From NCBI GenBank assembly GCA_041687695.1, contig JAWLBL010000035.1:1-64000 (forward strand): 64,000 bases of DNA, given 5' to 3'. Of the stretch, positions 1-11,122 are shown one piece after another. Each line of letters starts with the position of its first letter. Position 1 is the stretch's first letter. This DNA comes from Myxococcota bacterium. GTDB taxonomy: Bacteria; Myxococcota_A; UBA9042; PHBI01; JAWLBL01. A model generated the notes under the pieces. The model searched no databases. It was not told where the DNA came from and was given only the letters and a program-made list of their open reading frames with translations. A program made the position numbers and the translations under genes.

Positions 1-215
1 CGACCGATGTCCATCGCCCCGTGCCATAACCCCGTCACCCCAGCGATGCCCATCAACCACCCGGTCCGCATCCCCATCAGCAACCCTGCGCGGTAACACC
101 ATGCAAGTTCCCGAACACCTGCGCGAAACCTCAGTACCTGGCGACCGCAGCGGCCGAGCTTGTTGCACCGGCGGGCCCGATGGGCGATGACCCCCGGCGG
201 ACGACGGAGGGGTCG

Positions 216-1886
216 ATGACGACGATGAGGCCGAAGCGAACGGTTGGGGCGCCGCGGGCGCGCCGAGGCACGACGACGGCGGCCGAAGACGCATCCCGCG
301 CGTTCGTGCTGGACGTGCCATTCGCGATGCGGGCGGTGGCGACGGGGCTAGGGGCGCGCTGGGACGCGGACGACGGGGTGTTCGTGTGGCGGGGCGAGGC
401 GCTGCCGGCGGGGTTGGCGGCGTTTCGGGCGCGGCCGTACTCGTGGGAGGCCAGCGTCGAGCGTCGGCTGAACGGTTCCGCGGTCCCCCGGACGGCCGGG
501 GCGGCGCCGATGGAGCCGCGGGCGCATCAGAAGCAAGCCATCGAGGCCATCGAGGCGGCGGCCAAGCGCGGGCGGCCGGGGTTCCTGCTGGCCGACGACG
601 TGGGCCTGGGCAAGACGCTATCGGCCTGGGAGGCCGTGCGCGGCATGCGGACGGCGCGGACCGTGCTGATCGTCTGCCCGCTGGCGGTGGTGCCTCACTG
701 GCGGCGGACGGTCGAGGCGCAGGGGGACGGCGGGCGCGAGGTGGTCGTCATCAACTACGAGCGGCTCGGCAAGCTGTTTGAGGTCAGCGCGGCGGCCAAG
801 AAGAAGGTGAAGTCGAAGAAGGGGTTGGCGCGGGCGGGCTCGGCGCCCGAGTTCGACGTGGTGATCTGGGACGAGAGCCACAAGTGCAAGAACCCGACGG
901 CGGCGCGGTCGAAGTTCGCGGCGAAGATCAACACCAAGGCGGGCTTCGTGCTGTGGCTGTCGGCGACGGCGGGGCAGAACCCACTGGAGCTGTCGTATCT
1001 GGCGCCGCTGCTTGCGTCGGTGACGGGAGCCAAGGCGTCGGACTTGAAGGACTTCGAGGCGTGGTGCCTGGCGCAGGGGCTGGGGGTCAGCCGCGGGAAG
1101 TTCGGGCAGTGGGAGTGGCGCGGGGACCCGCGGGACTGCGATAAGGTGCGGACGTTACTGTTCGACGGGGCGGCGCCGGCCGGGCTGCGGCGGCGGCCCG
1201 AGGACATCGCGGGGTGGCCCGAGATCAACCGCATCCTGACGCCGCTGGCGCTCGACGGCGAGGCGCGCCAGCTGTACGCGCAGGCGTGGACCGAGTTCCG
1301 CGAGGAGATGGCGCTGGAGCCCTCGGGTCGGAACCCGAAGAGCGCGCTGGCGGCGGCGCTGAGGCTGCGTCAGAAGAGTTCGCTCATCCGGGTCGAGAGC
1401 ACGGCCGAGCTGGTGCTCGAGCTGTTGGACAGCGGGCATCACGTGGCGGTCTCGGTGGCCTTCATCGAGACGCTGGAGGCGCTGCGCGACGCGCTGGGGC
1501 GTGACAAGGTGAAGTGCGCCGAGGTGCACGGCCGCATGGGCGCCGCCGAGCGCGAGGCCGAGCGGCTGCGCTTCCAGCGCGGCGAGGTGCCGGTCGTCCT
1601 GTTCACGGTCGAGGAGGGCATCTCGCTGCACCAGGGCGAGCACGACGAGACGCCGCGGTCCGAGGTCATCCACGACCTGCGTTGGTCGGCCATCCAGATG
1701 GCGCAGATCGAGGGCCGCTGCCACCGCGACGGCCGCTACGCGCCGGTCTACTGGACCTATGCCGACGAGACCATCGAGGAGCGCATCGCCGGCGTCGTCT
1801 GCCGCCGCATCCAGGCGATGAAGGCGATGGTCGGCGATGATGTCGAGACGTTGCGCGAGATCGAGCGGCTGCTGGTCGAGGGGTGA
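216..1886 (+). CDS. SNF2/SF2-family helicase with N-terminal DUF5710-like segment
   Basis: Motif I LADDVGLGKT, motif II WDESH, motif III LSAT, motif VI QIEGRCHR. N-terminal LDVPF..LGARWD. ATG at 216 follows GGAGGGG. Confidence 0.85.
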   Translation: MTTMRPKRTVGAPRARRGTTTAAEDASRAFVLDVPFAMRAVATGLGARWDADDGVFVWRGEALPAGLAAFRARPYSWEASVERRLNGSAVPRTAGAAPMEPRAHQKQAIEAIEAAAKRGRPGFLLADDVGLGKTLSAWEAVRGMRTARTVLIVCPLAVVPHWRRTVEAQGDGGREVVVINYERLGKLFEVSAAAKKKVKSKKGLARAGSAPEFDVVIWDESHKCKNPTAARSKFAAKINTKAGFVLWLSATAGQNPLELSYLAPLLASVTGAKASDLKDFEAWCLAQGLGVSRGKFGQWEWRGDPRDCDKVRTLLFDGAAPAGLRRRPEDIAGWPEINRILTPLALDGEARQLYAQAWTEFREEMALEPSGRNPKSALAAALRLRQKSSLIRVESTAELVLELLDSGHHVAVSVAFIETLEALRDALGRDKVKCAEVHGRMGAAEREAERLRFQRGEVPVVLFTVEEGISLHQGEHDETPRSEVIHDLRWSAIQMAQIEGRCHRDGRYAPVYWTYADETIEERIAGVVCRRIQAMKAMVGDDVETLREIERLLVEG

Positions 1887-1919
1887 GGGTACTGTGGCCG
1901 CGGACACGGGAGGCGAGTC

Positions 1920-2798
1920 ATGGCGGAGACCGGGACGAGGGCGCGGAGCACGGCCATTCGGCTCAATCAGGCGGGGCTCGATGCCGAAGACCGAGGGGCC
2001 TGGCACCAGGTCGAGAGCTTGTACCGGTGTGCCGCGGCCGCCGACGAGACCTGGGACGTGCCGTGGTTCAATCTGGGGCTGCACTACAAGCGCCAGGGAC
2101 TGTGGCGCGAGTCGCTCGCTGCCAATGAGGAGGCTGCGCGCCGCATCACAGAACGCGAGGGTGAGCCTGCGCTATGGAACCTGGGCATCGCCGCAACGGC
2201 GTTGAGCGACTGGGCTCGAGCGAGGTGGGCCTGGTGTGAGTTCGGCATCTCTGTTCCCGATGGCGAGGGTCCCATCGAAATGCGACTGGGCACCGTGCCG
2301 ATCCGCTTGAGCCCCTCTGGCGAGGTCGTCTGGTGCGCCCGCTTGGACCCGGCCCGCGGACGTATCCTGAACGTTCCGATGGACGGACACCAGTGGGGCG
2401 ACCTCGTCCTGCATGATGGATCGCCTTGTGGCCATCGCAGGCTCGGTGATCGCGAGGTTCCCGTGTTCGACCAGTTGGAGCTGCTCGAGCGGTCACCCTT
2501 CCTTACGTTCGAGACCGAAGTCACGGCGGCTTCGGACGAGGACTGCGAGGCGTTGAGCGACGTCTTCAACGCCGCCGGACTGGCAGCGCAGGACTGGACG
2601 TCGTCCATCCGCCTGCTCTGCCGAGCGTGCAGCGAGGGAACACCGCACGATCACGAAGAAACTCATGCTGAACCGTCCACGGGCTGGGCGACGCAGCGCA
2701 GCTTCGGCCTGGCCGCGCCCGACCGACGAGCCGCGACGGCGCTGCTGGGAGAGTGGAAGCTCGGCGGGCGGGGACGCGCGTTCAGGCTGCTGGCGTGA
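1920..2798 (+). CDS. TPR-containing protein
   Basis: GGAGG RBS. TPR-like helices WFNLGLHYK and LWNLGIAATAL; C-terminal CRAC..H motif. Confidence 0.7.
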   Translation: MAETGTRARSTAIRLNQAGLDAEDRGAWHQVESLYRCAAAADETWDVPWFNLGLHYKRQGLWRESLAANEEAARRITEREGEPALWNLGIAATALSDWARARWAWCEFGISVPDGEGPIEMRLGTVPIRLSPSGEVVWCARLDPARGRILNVPMDGHQWGDLVLHDGSPCGHRRLGDREVPVFDQLELLERSPFLTFETEVTAASDEDCEALSDVFNAAGLAAQDWTSSIRLLCRACSEGTPHDHEETHAEPSTGWATQRSFGLAAPDRRAATALLGEWKLGGRGRAFRLLA

Positions 2799-2887
2799 GG
2801 CCCTTCCGCCGGTGGCCCCTGCCGCAAGCTGCGCTGGGGCGGGGCGCGAGCAAGCTCGCGCACTCCTCGTGGCCCGCACGACGCTCA

Positions 2888-4252
2888 TCATCTCGGGTGC
2901 ATGAGGGAGATGACAGGGATGCGGGTTCGAACCCGGGCGACCTGGCGCGCCGCGGCGGTGAAGCCGAGGCGCGTCAGTTGCATCTCGGCGCGCTCGAAAT
3001 AGGGGCCGGCGTCGCGGAAGCGCCAACTGGGGAAGGCAGCGAACACTCGGGGTTGCGGCTGGTCCCAGGGGTAATTGGCATCTCTGCAACGGATCCTCTG
3101 GAGCATTCGCGTCCCCCAATCTCTGGATCGTTGCGCGTCTTTGGGGTCGTCGAACAGGAGCGACTCTTCGAGCTGCTCAGCGGCGAGCTCGGGGCGACAA
3201 GTGGCTTGGAGGTGCTCGGCGAAAGCCCATCGAGCCCAGGTGTTACCTCGCGGCCACACCCGTATGAGATGGCGGATGGTGCTGGCGAAGAGGGCATCGC
3301 CCACATGTGGCTCGACGACCTCGGCCATGCCCTTGGTCACATGCAGTAGTTCATAGGAAAGGTGCTCGCCGGAGTAGATGGCCTGAATCAAGTGGTCCCG
3401 CCATGAACGGCGGAATCCCGGCCTGGACTCGACAGCGGCACGGGAAGCCTCTCTGGCGACGCGGACGTGCCCGGCGAACGAAGCCCGAAGCGTAGTCGTC
3501 GCGAGCAAGTCGCGGCGCAGGCGCAGGTCGTGCAAGCGCATCAGCGCGCTCGTTTCGTCCAGCTCGCTGTAGGTGTAGAGGAGCTTGTGCAGAACGAGCG
3601 ACTGAGAGATGACGAACTCTACATGCGCGGCCTCGTTGAGGATGGGAGCCAGCTCGGGTGAGGCGGCATAGGCCATGGCGGAACCAGAGACTCCCTGGTT
3701 TGCGAGGTCCGCGATGAGGGCCTCGCGCCAGTGGCCTTGGCAGCGGCGCACGAGCTGAGGACGCTCGTCATGGAAGCGAGCTGGGTCGAGAGGGCCCACT
3801 CCGCAAGAGGGAATGTGCGCCTCGAGGTCGGACAGAGGCAGGGGGCAGGGATCGAGGCCGTAGTGGACCGGTGGGAGGCGTTTGCCGGTGGTGTCCCAGG
3901 CCTGCCAGGGGCCGACGGGGCGGTCCTGGTCGTACGCGCCCTGCTCGAGGGGGGAGCCATCCGGGTAGAAGCGGACCCAAGGGCCATGGCGCTTGCCGTT
4001 CAGGAAGCGGCCGCGGGCGGCGACGGTGCCGTCGGCCCAGAGGGCCTGCCAGGGTTGGCCGTCGATGGGCGGAGGGGGGGCGACCTCGCCGGGCAGGAGG
4101 AGATCGTCGGGCCAGGGGTAGGCGCGGATGAGGACGTCGGGGTCAGGGACGCGGTCCGCGGCCGGCAGCGGGTCGACCAGGCGGGCGCCGAAGCCGACCA
4201 GGAGCAGGCTGGCGAGGAGGAGCGCCCAGGGATGGCAGAAGAGTCGGCCCAT
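2888..4252 (-). CDS. Exported protein with N-terminal MORN-variant (YwqK-like) repeats and unknown C-terminus
   Basis: Hydrophobic signal, then GRFLNGKRHGPWVRFYPDG and GAYDQDRPVGPWQAWDTTG repeats. Confidence 0.6.
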   Translation of the reverse strand: MGRLFCHPWALLLASLLLVGFGARLVDPLPAADRVPDPDVLIRAYPWPDDLLLPGEVAPPPPIDGQPWQALWADGTVAARGRFLNGKRHGPWVRFYPDGSPLEQGAYDQDRPVGPWQAWDTTGKRLPPVHYGLDPCPLPLSDLEAHIPSCGVGPLDPARFHDERPQLVRRCQGHWREALIADLANQGVSGSAMAYAASPELAPILNEAAHVEFVISQSLVLHKLLYTYSELDETSALMRLHDLRLRRDLLATTTLRASFAGHVRVAREASRAAVESRPGFRRSWRDHLIQAIYSGEHLSYELLHVTKGMAEVVEPHVGDALFASTIRHLIRVWPRGNTWARWAFAEHLQATCRPELAAEQLEESLLFDDPKDAQRSRDWGTRMLQRIRCRDANYPWDQPQPRVFAAFPSWRFRDAGPYFERAEMQLTRLGFTAAARQVARVRTRIPVISLMHPR

Positions 4253-4309
4253 ACTGGATGCATCGTAGAACGATGGGGCCGGATGGCAAGCGGGCCGCAG
4301 GCGTGCCGG

Positions 4310-5062
4310 TCAGGGGGCGAGCGCGAAGGAGTTCGGGGTCGGAGCCGAGGCGAACTCGGCCACGAAGTCGGTGGCGGGGGCGGCGCGGAGGGCGGCGAGG
4401 GGGCCGCGCTGGACGAGGCGGCCGTTTTCGAGGACGCAGACGGTGGCGCCAATGGCGGCGACGTCGCGGGGGTCGTGGGTGACGACCAGCGACGGACGGC
4501 CGAGGGCGCGGAGCTGGGAGGCGAGGAAGGCGCGGACCGAGCGGCGGGCGGTGGCGTCGAGGGCGGCGAGGGGCTCGTCGAGGAGCAGGAGGGCCGGGTC
4601 GATGACCAGGGCGCGGGCAAGGGCGACACGTTGCTGCTCGCCGCCGGACAGACGCGCCGGGAGGCGCTGGGCGAGGTGGGCGACGTCGAGGGCGGTGAGC
4701 ATGGCCGTGGCGGCCTGCCGTCGGGCGGCGCGGGGCTGCCGGTTGGGCCCGGTCGACAGGCCGAAGGCGACGTTGTCGAGGACGGTCAGGTGGGGGAAGA
4801 GGCCGTAGCCCTGGGGGACGAAGCCGATGCGGCGGCGCTCGATGGGCAGGTCGATGCCCTTGCTGCTCGAGAAGAGGGTCGCGCCGGCGACCTCGATGGT
4901 GCCGTGGTCGGGGGTGAGGGCGCCGGTGACGAGGCGCAGGAGCGTGGTCTTGCCGCTGCCGTTGGGGCCGACCAGGGCGAGGGGCTCGGGGCCCCCCTGG
5001 AGGTCGACGTCGAGGGTCAGGGCGCCCACGCGGGCGCGGACGGCGACGCGCCAGCTCATCAT
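4310..5062 (-). CDS. modC: Molybdate ABC transporter ATP-binding subunit
   Basis: [29 protein letters not shown] overlaps the modB stop (ATGA). Confidence 0.88.
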   Translation of the reverse strand: MMSWRVAVRARVGALTLDVDLQGGPEPLALVGPNGSGKTTLLRLVTGALTPDHGTIEVAGATLFSSSKGIDLPIERRRIGFVPQGYGLFPHLTVLDNVAFGLSTGPNRQPRAARRQAATAMLTALDVAHLAQRLPARLSGGEQQRVALARALVIDPALLLLDEPLAALDATARRSVRAFLASQLRALGRPSLVVTHDPRDVAAIGATVCVLENGRLVQRGPLAALRAAPATDFVAEFASAPTPNSFALAP

Positions 5063-5879
5063 GGCGTCCCCAGTGCAGCGGGGCGCTGGCGGGTCCAGGC
5101 GCGCCAGGCGGCGGGGACCAAGCGCAAGAGGATCAGGAGGCCGGCACCCATCGCGGCCAGGACCAGCGAGAAGACGACGGCGAGGCGGACGTCGCGCTCG
5201 AGGGCGGCGAAGATGGCGAGCGGCATGGTCTGGGTGGTGCCGGGCAGGTTGCCGGCGAAGAGGAGCGTCGCGCCGAACTCGCCGAGGGCGCGGGCCCAGG
5301 CGAGCGAGGCGCCGACGACCAGGCCCGGCAGGGCGATGGGGACGGCGACGCGCAGGAAGGCGACGGGCGCGGAGGCGCCGAGGGTGCGGGCGACGACCAG
5401 GGTGTCGGGGTCGACCTTGCGGAAGGCGTTGGCGGCGGCCTGGACGTAGAAGGGCGCCGAGACCACGACCTGGGCGAGCACGACGGCGGCCTGGGTGAAC
5501 GGCAGGGCGAGGTCGGCGCTGGCGAGGGCCGGGCCGAGCAGGCCCTGGCGGCCGAAGGCCTGCAGGAGGGCGATACCGAGGACGGCCGGCGGGATGACGA
5601 TGGGCAGATCGACGAGCAGCTCGGCGACGCGGGCGGCGCGCGAGCGCGAGGTGGCGAGCCACCAGGCGAGGGGGGTGCCGGTGAGGACGGTCAGGGCCAG
5701 GCTGACGAGGGTCGTGCGCAGGCTGAGGGTCAGCGCCGGCGCGAAGAGCGGGTGGGAGGCGCCGGCGGCGAGGGCGTCGGGCGAGGTGGACAGCGCCAGG
5801 GCGACCAGGGGCAGGACGAGGGCGACCAGGAGGGCGAGGCCGAGCGCGGCGCCCAGGAGGGAGACGGGGGCGCGGCGGG

Positions 5880-5883
<4 letters not shown>
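5059..5883 (-). CDS. modB: Molybdate ABC transporter permease
   Basis: [35 protein letters not shown]; multiple TM segments. Confidence 0.92.
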
Positions 5884-6650
<767 letters not shown>

Positions 6651-6659
6651 CGCGCGACC

Positions 6660-7763
6660 TCAGGCGACGGGCACGGCCAGGGCGTGGCCGGCGGTCGAGA
6701 GGTCGTAGCCGGGCAGACGCGCGGCCTCGGCGCGGAAGGCCGGGCGGTCGATGAGGTCGAGCAGGCGGGCGACCGACGGGTCGGACAGGCGCGCGTCGGG
6801 TACGACCAGGTCGAAGCGCTCTTCGGACAATGGAATGAAGTCGAGGCCCTCGGCGAGTGCGGCGGACTCGATGGCGACCCCGACGTCGGCGACGCCCCAG
6901 CGGACGAGGCGGGCGACCTCGGCGTGGTCGGCGGCGCGGAGGGCGTTGCCCGGCGCCAGCGTGCCCAGGACGCGCTCGAGGAGCCGCTGGGCGCCCGAGC
7001 CGGGGTCGCGGAGGACGCAGCGGACGTCGGGGCGAAGGACGTCGGCGGGCGCGCGGATGGCGAGCGGGTTGCCGCGGGCGACGACGAGGCCCTGGCGCCA
7101 GCGGGTCAGGTGGACCAGGGTCGCGCGCTGGCCGGGGAGCGCGGCGGTGACGAGTGCCGCGTGGACGGCGGGGTGGGCGGCGTCGGCGAGGTGGAGGCCG
7201 GCGAGGTGGACGTGGCGGCGGGCGAGGAGGTCGAGCGAGCGGGCGCTGGCGCTGGGGAGCCAGGTGGCGCGGGCGTCGCGGTGGCGTCGGCCGAGGCGGG
7301 CGGCGAGCAGGCCGAGGAGCGGGGCGCAGCCGGCGACGAGGACGTTGGCGATGAGGTCGGCGGGGTCGACGAGCGGCTCGACGGTCGCGGCGTGGGGGTC
7401 GTCCAGGCCGCCAACGAGCACGCCGTCGGCCGGATGCGCGGGGTCGAGGACGGGGTGGGCGACCCAGCGGTCGTCGATGCGGCCCAGGGCGACGCGCGTG
7501 GTGGGGGTCGGCGGCGCTTCGGGGAGCGCGGCCTGCAGGGTCGGGGGCGTCGGCAGGGCGAAGAGGTCCTCGACGGAGCAGCCCAGGGCGCGGGCCAGCT
7601 GGAGCGACAGCGTGGTCGAGGGGACCTGGCGGCCGGCCTCGATGGCGACCAGGGCCTGGCGCGAGACGCCGACGCGTCCGGCGAGCTGGCCCTGCGAGAG
7701 GCCGCGCGCGGTGCGGCGCTGTCGGAGGGTGGTGGTCAGGGCGGCGTCGCTCACCGGTGCCAT
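6660..7763 (-). CDS. XRE-type HTH fused to PBP-superfamily substrate-binding domain; probable molybdate-responsive regulator
   Basis: LSQGQLAGRVGVSRQALVAIEAG HTH; C-terminal S..SLDLL, AGLHL, GNPLAI, RDPGSGA, GYDL motifs. Sits directly upstream of modA. Confidence 0.85.
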   Translation of the reverse strand: MAPVSDAALTTTLRQRRTARGLSQGQLAGRVGVSRQALVAIEAGRQVPSTTLSLQLARALGCSVEDLFALPTPPTLQAALPEAPPTPTTRVALGRIDDRWVAHPVLDPAHPADGVLVGGLDDPHAATVEPLVDPADLIANVLVAGCAPLLGLLAARLGRRHRDARATWLPSASARSLDLLARRHVHLAGLHLADAAHPAVHAALVTAALPGQRATLVHLTRWRQGLVVARGNPLAIRAPADVLRPDVRCVLRDPGSGAQRLLERVLGTLAPGNALRAADHAEVARLVRWGVADVGVAIESAALAEGLDFIPLSEERFDLVVPDARLSDPSVARLLDLIDRPAFRAEAARLPGYDLSTAGHALAVPVA

Positions 7764-7811
7764 GTAAGCCGAACGCGACGTCGTGTAAAGGCAAGGCGAC
7801 AGACCAACCGG

Positions 7812-9716
7812 TCAGGGGGCGGACGCGGGGACGAGGGTCTGGACCAGCTCGCGGACCTGCTGCGGAGTGAAGGGCTTGTACAAGCGTGGATTGGGGACGC
7901 GTTCGATGAAGGCCTGGGCGGCCGGGGTGAAGGCGCCGCCGGTGATGAAGGCGACGCGCTCGGTCAGGGCGGGCCAGCGGGTCTCGAGCTGGGCGAAGAA
8001 GTCCATGCCGGACATCTCGGGCATCATCAGGTCCGAGACGATGAGGTCGTAGCGGCGGCCGGCGACGAGGAGCTCGAGGGCGTCGCGGGCCGAGGTGACG
8101 GTCGTGACGTCGTGGTCGCGCAGGATGCGGGCGAGGAGGCGGCCGACGGCGACCTCGTCGTCGACGACCAGGATGGAGGCGGAGAGACCGGGGGCCGGCG
8201 TGGCCGGGGACGGAGCGGGAGCGAGGGCCATCGCGGAGGACTGCGCCGGCGGGAGGACGACACGGAAGGTCGTCCCGTGGCCGGGCTGGCTGTCGACGCT
8301 GATGCTGCCCTGCATGGCGCGCACGATGTTGTGGCAGATGGACAGGCCCAGGCCGGTGCCGACGCCGACCGCCTTGGTGGTGAAGAACGGGTCGAAGATG
8401 CGGCCGACGACGCCGGGATCGATGCCGCAGCCCGTGTCGCGGACCTCGATGGCGGCGTGCCCGGCGGCGTCGGTGCGGGTGACGACGCGGACCTCGTGGG
8501 CGGCGGCGTCGCCCTCGGGCAGGGCCTGGGCGGCGTTGATGAGCAGGTTGATGAAGACCTGGGCGAGGCGGGCGTCGTCGCCCTCGACGGGCGGGAGGGC
8601 GCCGAAGTCGCGGACGAGGCGGGCGCGGTGGCGGATCTCGTTGTCCGTCATCTTGGCGGCCAGCTCGATGACGGGGTGGACCTCGAAGACGACGCGGCGC
8701 TCGTCCTCGAGGCGTGAGAAGGTGCTGAGGCCGCCGACGATCTTGCGGATGCGCTCGGCGCCCGAGGCGATGTCGGCGGCCATGTCGAGCAGATCCGGGA
8801 GGCTCGGGGGCGCGCGGTCGAGGGGGAGGGCCTCGAGCTCGTCGAGGATCATCGAGACGTTGGCGGTGACGGCGGCGAGGGGGTTGTTGATCTCGTGGGC
8901 GACGCCGGCCGCGAGGGTGCCAACCGAGGCCATGCGGTCGGCGAAGTAGAGCTGGCGCTGCAGGCGCTCCTGGGTCTCCTTGGCCTCGGCGAGGCGCTCG
9001 GCGGCGAGCTTCTGCTCGGTGATGTCGCGGGCGGCGGCGTAGACCAGGCCCTGACGGTCGTGGGTGACCGAGCGCCACTCGAACCAGCGGAAGCCGCCGT
9101 CCTTGCACAGGTAACGGTTGACCAGCCGGCCCAGGTGGCCGCCTTCGCGCAGGCGCTGGCGTCCGGCGAGGGTGGCCTCGCGATCGTCCGGGTGGACGAG
9201 CTCGATGGAGGGGCGCGACAGGATCTCCTCGGCGGACCAGCCGAGGGTGCGGGTCCAGGCGGGGTTGAGGTGCTTGATGTAGCCGTCGAGGCCGGCGACG
9301 CAGAGGCAGTCGAGCGAGTGCTCGAAGAAGTCGTCGGTGGCGAAGGGCAGCGCCCGACGGGGCTGTCCCTCGAGGTCGAGGCAGGCGCCGACGAACCCGG
9401 CGAAGGCGCCGGAGGGGTCCGTGAACGGCTCGCCCTGGTCGCGCACGCGCCGATAGGCCCCGTCGGCGCCGCGCAGGCGGTACTCGAGTTCGAAGGGCCG
9501 CCGTCGCGCGAACTGGACGGCCATGGTCGCCAGGCAGTCGTTGGCGTCGTCGGGGTGCAGGCCCTCGGTCCAGCCGCGGCCTCGCTCGTCGGCCAGCGAC
9601 CGCCCTCGGAAGCTCAGCCAGCGCGCGTTGAAGTGGTCGCGCTGGCCGTCGGGCCCCGCGCGCCACAGCATGACCGGCGCGGCCTCGAGCATGCCCAGGT
9701 GGAGGTCGCGGTCCAC
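7812..9716 (-). CDS. PAS-PAS hybrid histidine kinase with C-terminal receiver
   Basis: Two PAS domains (LHPDD, VHPDD), H-box VAHEINNPL, NLLINA, DTGCGI, FFTTK, GTGLGL, receiver VVDDE..SDLMMP..KP. GTG start at 9716 inferred. Confidence 0.92.
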   Translation of the reverse strand: MDRDLHLGMLEAAPVMLWRAGPDGQRDHFNARWLSFRGRSLADERGRGWTEGLHPDDANDCLATMAVQFARRRPFELEYRLRGADGAYRRVRDQGEPFTDPSGAFAGFVGACLDLEGQPRRALPFATDDFFEHSLDCLCVAGLDGYIKHLNPAWTRTLGWSAEEILSRPSIELVHPDDREATLAGRQRLREGGHLGRLVNRYLCKDGGFRWFEWRSVTHDRQGLVYAAARDITEQKLAAERLAEAKETQERLQRQLYFADRMASVGTLAAGVAHEINNPLAAVTANVSMILDELEALPLDRAPPSLPDLLDMAADIASGAERIRKIVGGLSTFSRLEDERRVVFEVHPVIELAAKMTDNEIRHRARLVRDFGALPPVEGDDARLAQVFINLLINAAQALPEGDAAAHEVRVVTRTDAAGHAAIEVRDTGCGIDPGVVGRIFDPFFTTKAVGVGTGLGLSICHNIVRAMQGSISVDSQPGHGTTFRVVLPPAQSSAMALAPAPSPATPAPGLSASILVVDDEVAVGRLLARILRDHDVTTVTSARDALELLVAGRRYDLIVSDLMMPEMSGMDFFAQLETRWPALTERVAFITGGAFTPAAQAFIERVPNPRLYKPFTPQQVRELVQTLVPASAP

Positions 9717-9840
9717 AGTGTCCCCCCCTGTGTCCGTCGCGTGGCGGGCAAGCTGCCCCCGCGGTCGCCGCGCCGCGCCGCTGAACCAGGGCCGATGAAG
9801 CCTGCGACGGTGGGGGCGCGTCAAGGACAACGGGAACGGG

Positions 9841-10221
9841 TCAGTCGATGGCGAGCTTGTCGAAGGCCTTCAGGAGCTTGGCGATGTGGTGGCCCTGGGG
9901 ATCCGAGGCGGCGCGGTCGGCGATGGTGAGCGAGAAGGGGCCGCGGGTGCGGACGACGGCGGTGAGGGCGTCGCCTGCGAAGGCCTCGAGGGCGGCCGTG
10001 GCGGAGGAGGCCTGGGCCGGGTCGGGGTGGCGGCAGGCCAGGAGCGACAGGCCGGCGGCCTGGGTCGTGACGCAAGACGTGGCGACGTACGGCTCGGGGG
10101 CGGTCGCTTCCGCGTCCGACAGCTCGAGGCCGGCGGTCGCCAGGGCCTCGAGGACCGGGTCGGGGCCCTTGGCGCAGGCGGCGAGGCCTCCGAGGGCGGC
10201 GATCAGGAGGAGGCGCTTCAT
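9841..10221 (-). CDS. Small lipoprotein, unknown function
   Basis: MKRLLLIAALGGLAAC lipobox; ATG overlaps the upstream stop. Confidence 0.75.
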   Translation of the reverse strand: MKRLLLIAALGGLAACAKGPDPVLEALATAGLELSDAEATAPEPYVATSCVTTQAAGLSLLACRHPDPAQASSATAALEAFAGDALTAVVRTRGPFSLTIADRAASDPQGHHIAKLLKAFDKLAID

Positions 10222-10943
10222 CGGGTCTTGCCTTTGCGCGGGCCGGGCTGGCCGCGGCGGCCGGACTTCCAGTGGCCGTGCTTGGCGTGGCCGGGCGGGA
10301 CGGGGCGGCGATGGACGCGGCGGGGAGCGGCGAGGTGGACCTCGGCCCCGGGCAGGGCGACGTCGACGCGCACCCGTGGGGCGGTCCAGAGGACGCCGCC
10401 GAAGCCCGCCGGAGCCCCGGTCACCACGATGGCCGGGCGGGCCAGCGAGACGCGCGCGTAGTGGCGGTCGAGGTCGCGGTGCTTGTGGGCGTGGTAGCGC
10501 CTGGGGAGGGGGCCGGTGTACCAGATGGCGCCGTCGTGGAGGGTCCAGGCCTCGGTGATCGGGGCCGTCTGCCAGTGGCGGTGCGGGCCCGAGATGTAGC
10601 ACCAGTGCTCGTCGGCGTGGCTGGGGACCCAGAAGGCGGGGTGATGCCCGTAGTACACCTGGACCTGGACGGCGTCGCTGGGGGCCTCGAACTCGACGGG
10701 GTCGCCCACGAAGATCCAGGTGTCCCCCGGGAGGGCGACGTACAGGAGCGGCTCGTGGGGCTCGTAGGCGTGCACGTGCGGCCCCGGGATGTGGCACAGG
10801 CCGTCGGCGATGTCCGGGTCGACCGGGTGCGGGCCCTCGTAGCGGACGCGGTGCAGGGCGGCGTCGGCGGGCGGGGCGGCCGACGCGGGTGGGGCGACCA
10901 GAGAGGCGGCCAGGGCGAGGGTGACGAGGGCCGGGCGCGACAT
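10218..10943 (-). CDS. Secreted His-rich protein with duplicated motif
   Basis: GGAGG RBS, signal peptide, two Y-x-G-x-H-P...C-x-I-x-G-P-H-x-H units, basic tail. Confidence 0.75.
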   Translation of the reverse strand: MSRPALVTLALAASLVAPPASAAPPADAALHRVRYEGPHPVDPDIADGLCHIPGPHVHAYEPHEPLLYVALPGDTWIFVGDPVEFEAPSDAVQVQVYYGHHPAFWVPSHADEHWCYISGPHRHWQTAPITEAWTLHDGAIWYTGPLPRRYHAHKHRDLDRHYARVSLARPAIVVTGAPAGFGGVLWTAPRVRVDVALPGAEVHLAAPRRVHRRPVPPGHAKHGHWKSGRRGQPGPRKGKTR

Positions 10944-11122
10944 GGGACCTCCTGCGGGCCGTCCTGGGGACCTTGGCGCGACGAGGTGAGGATCGGGCCG
11001 GCGGGGGGCGGCTTTCCATGACAGCGCGTGACGGGGCGGCCGGCGTTCGGAATGGCGAAAGGGGGTGGCGGCGGGCGGGGACGGTCGGTAGGCTGTCCGG
11101 CCTCGGACTGGGAGGCTGTGCG

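Noticed and set aside
1..100. Imperfect CCATC-centred repeats at the window start
   Set aside because: Short, irregularly spaced and truncated by the edge; could be a gene end or a promoter.
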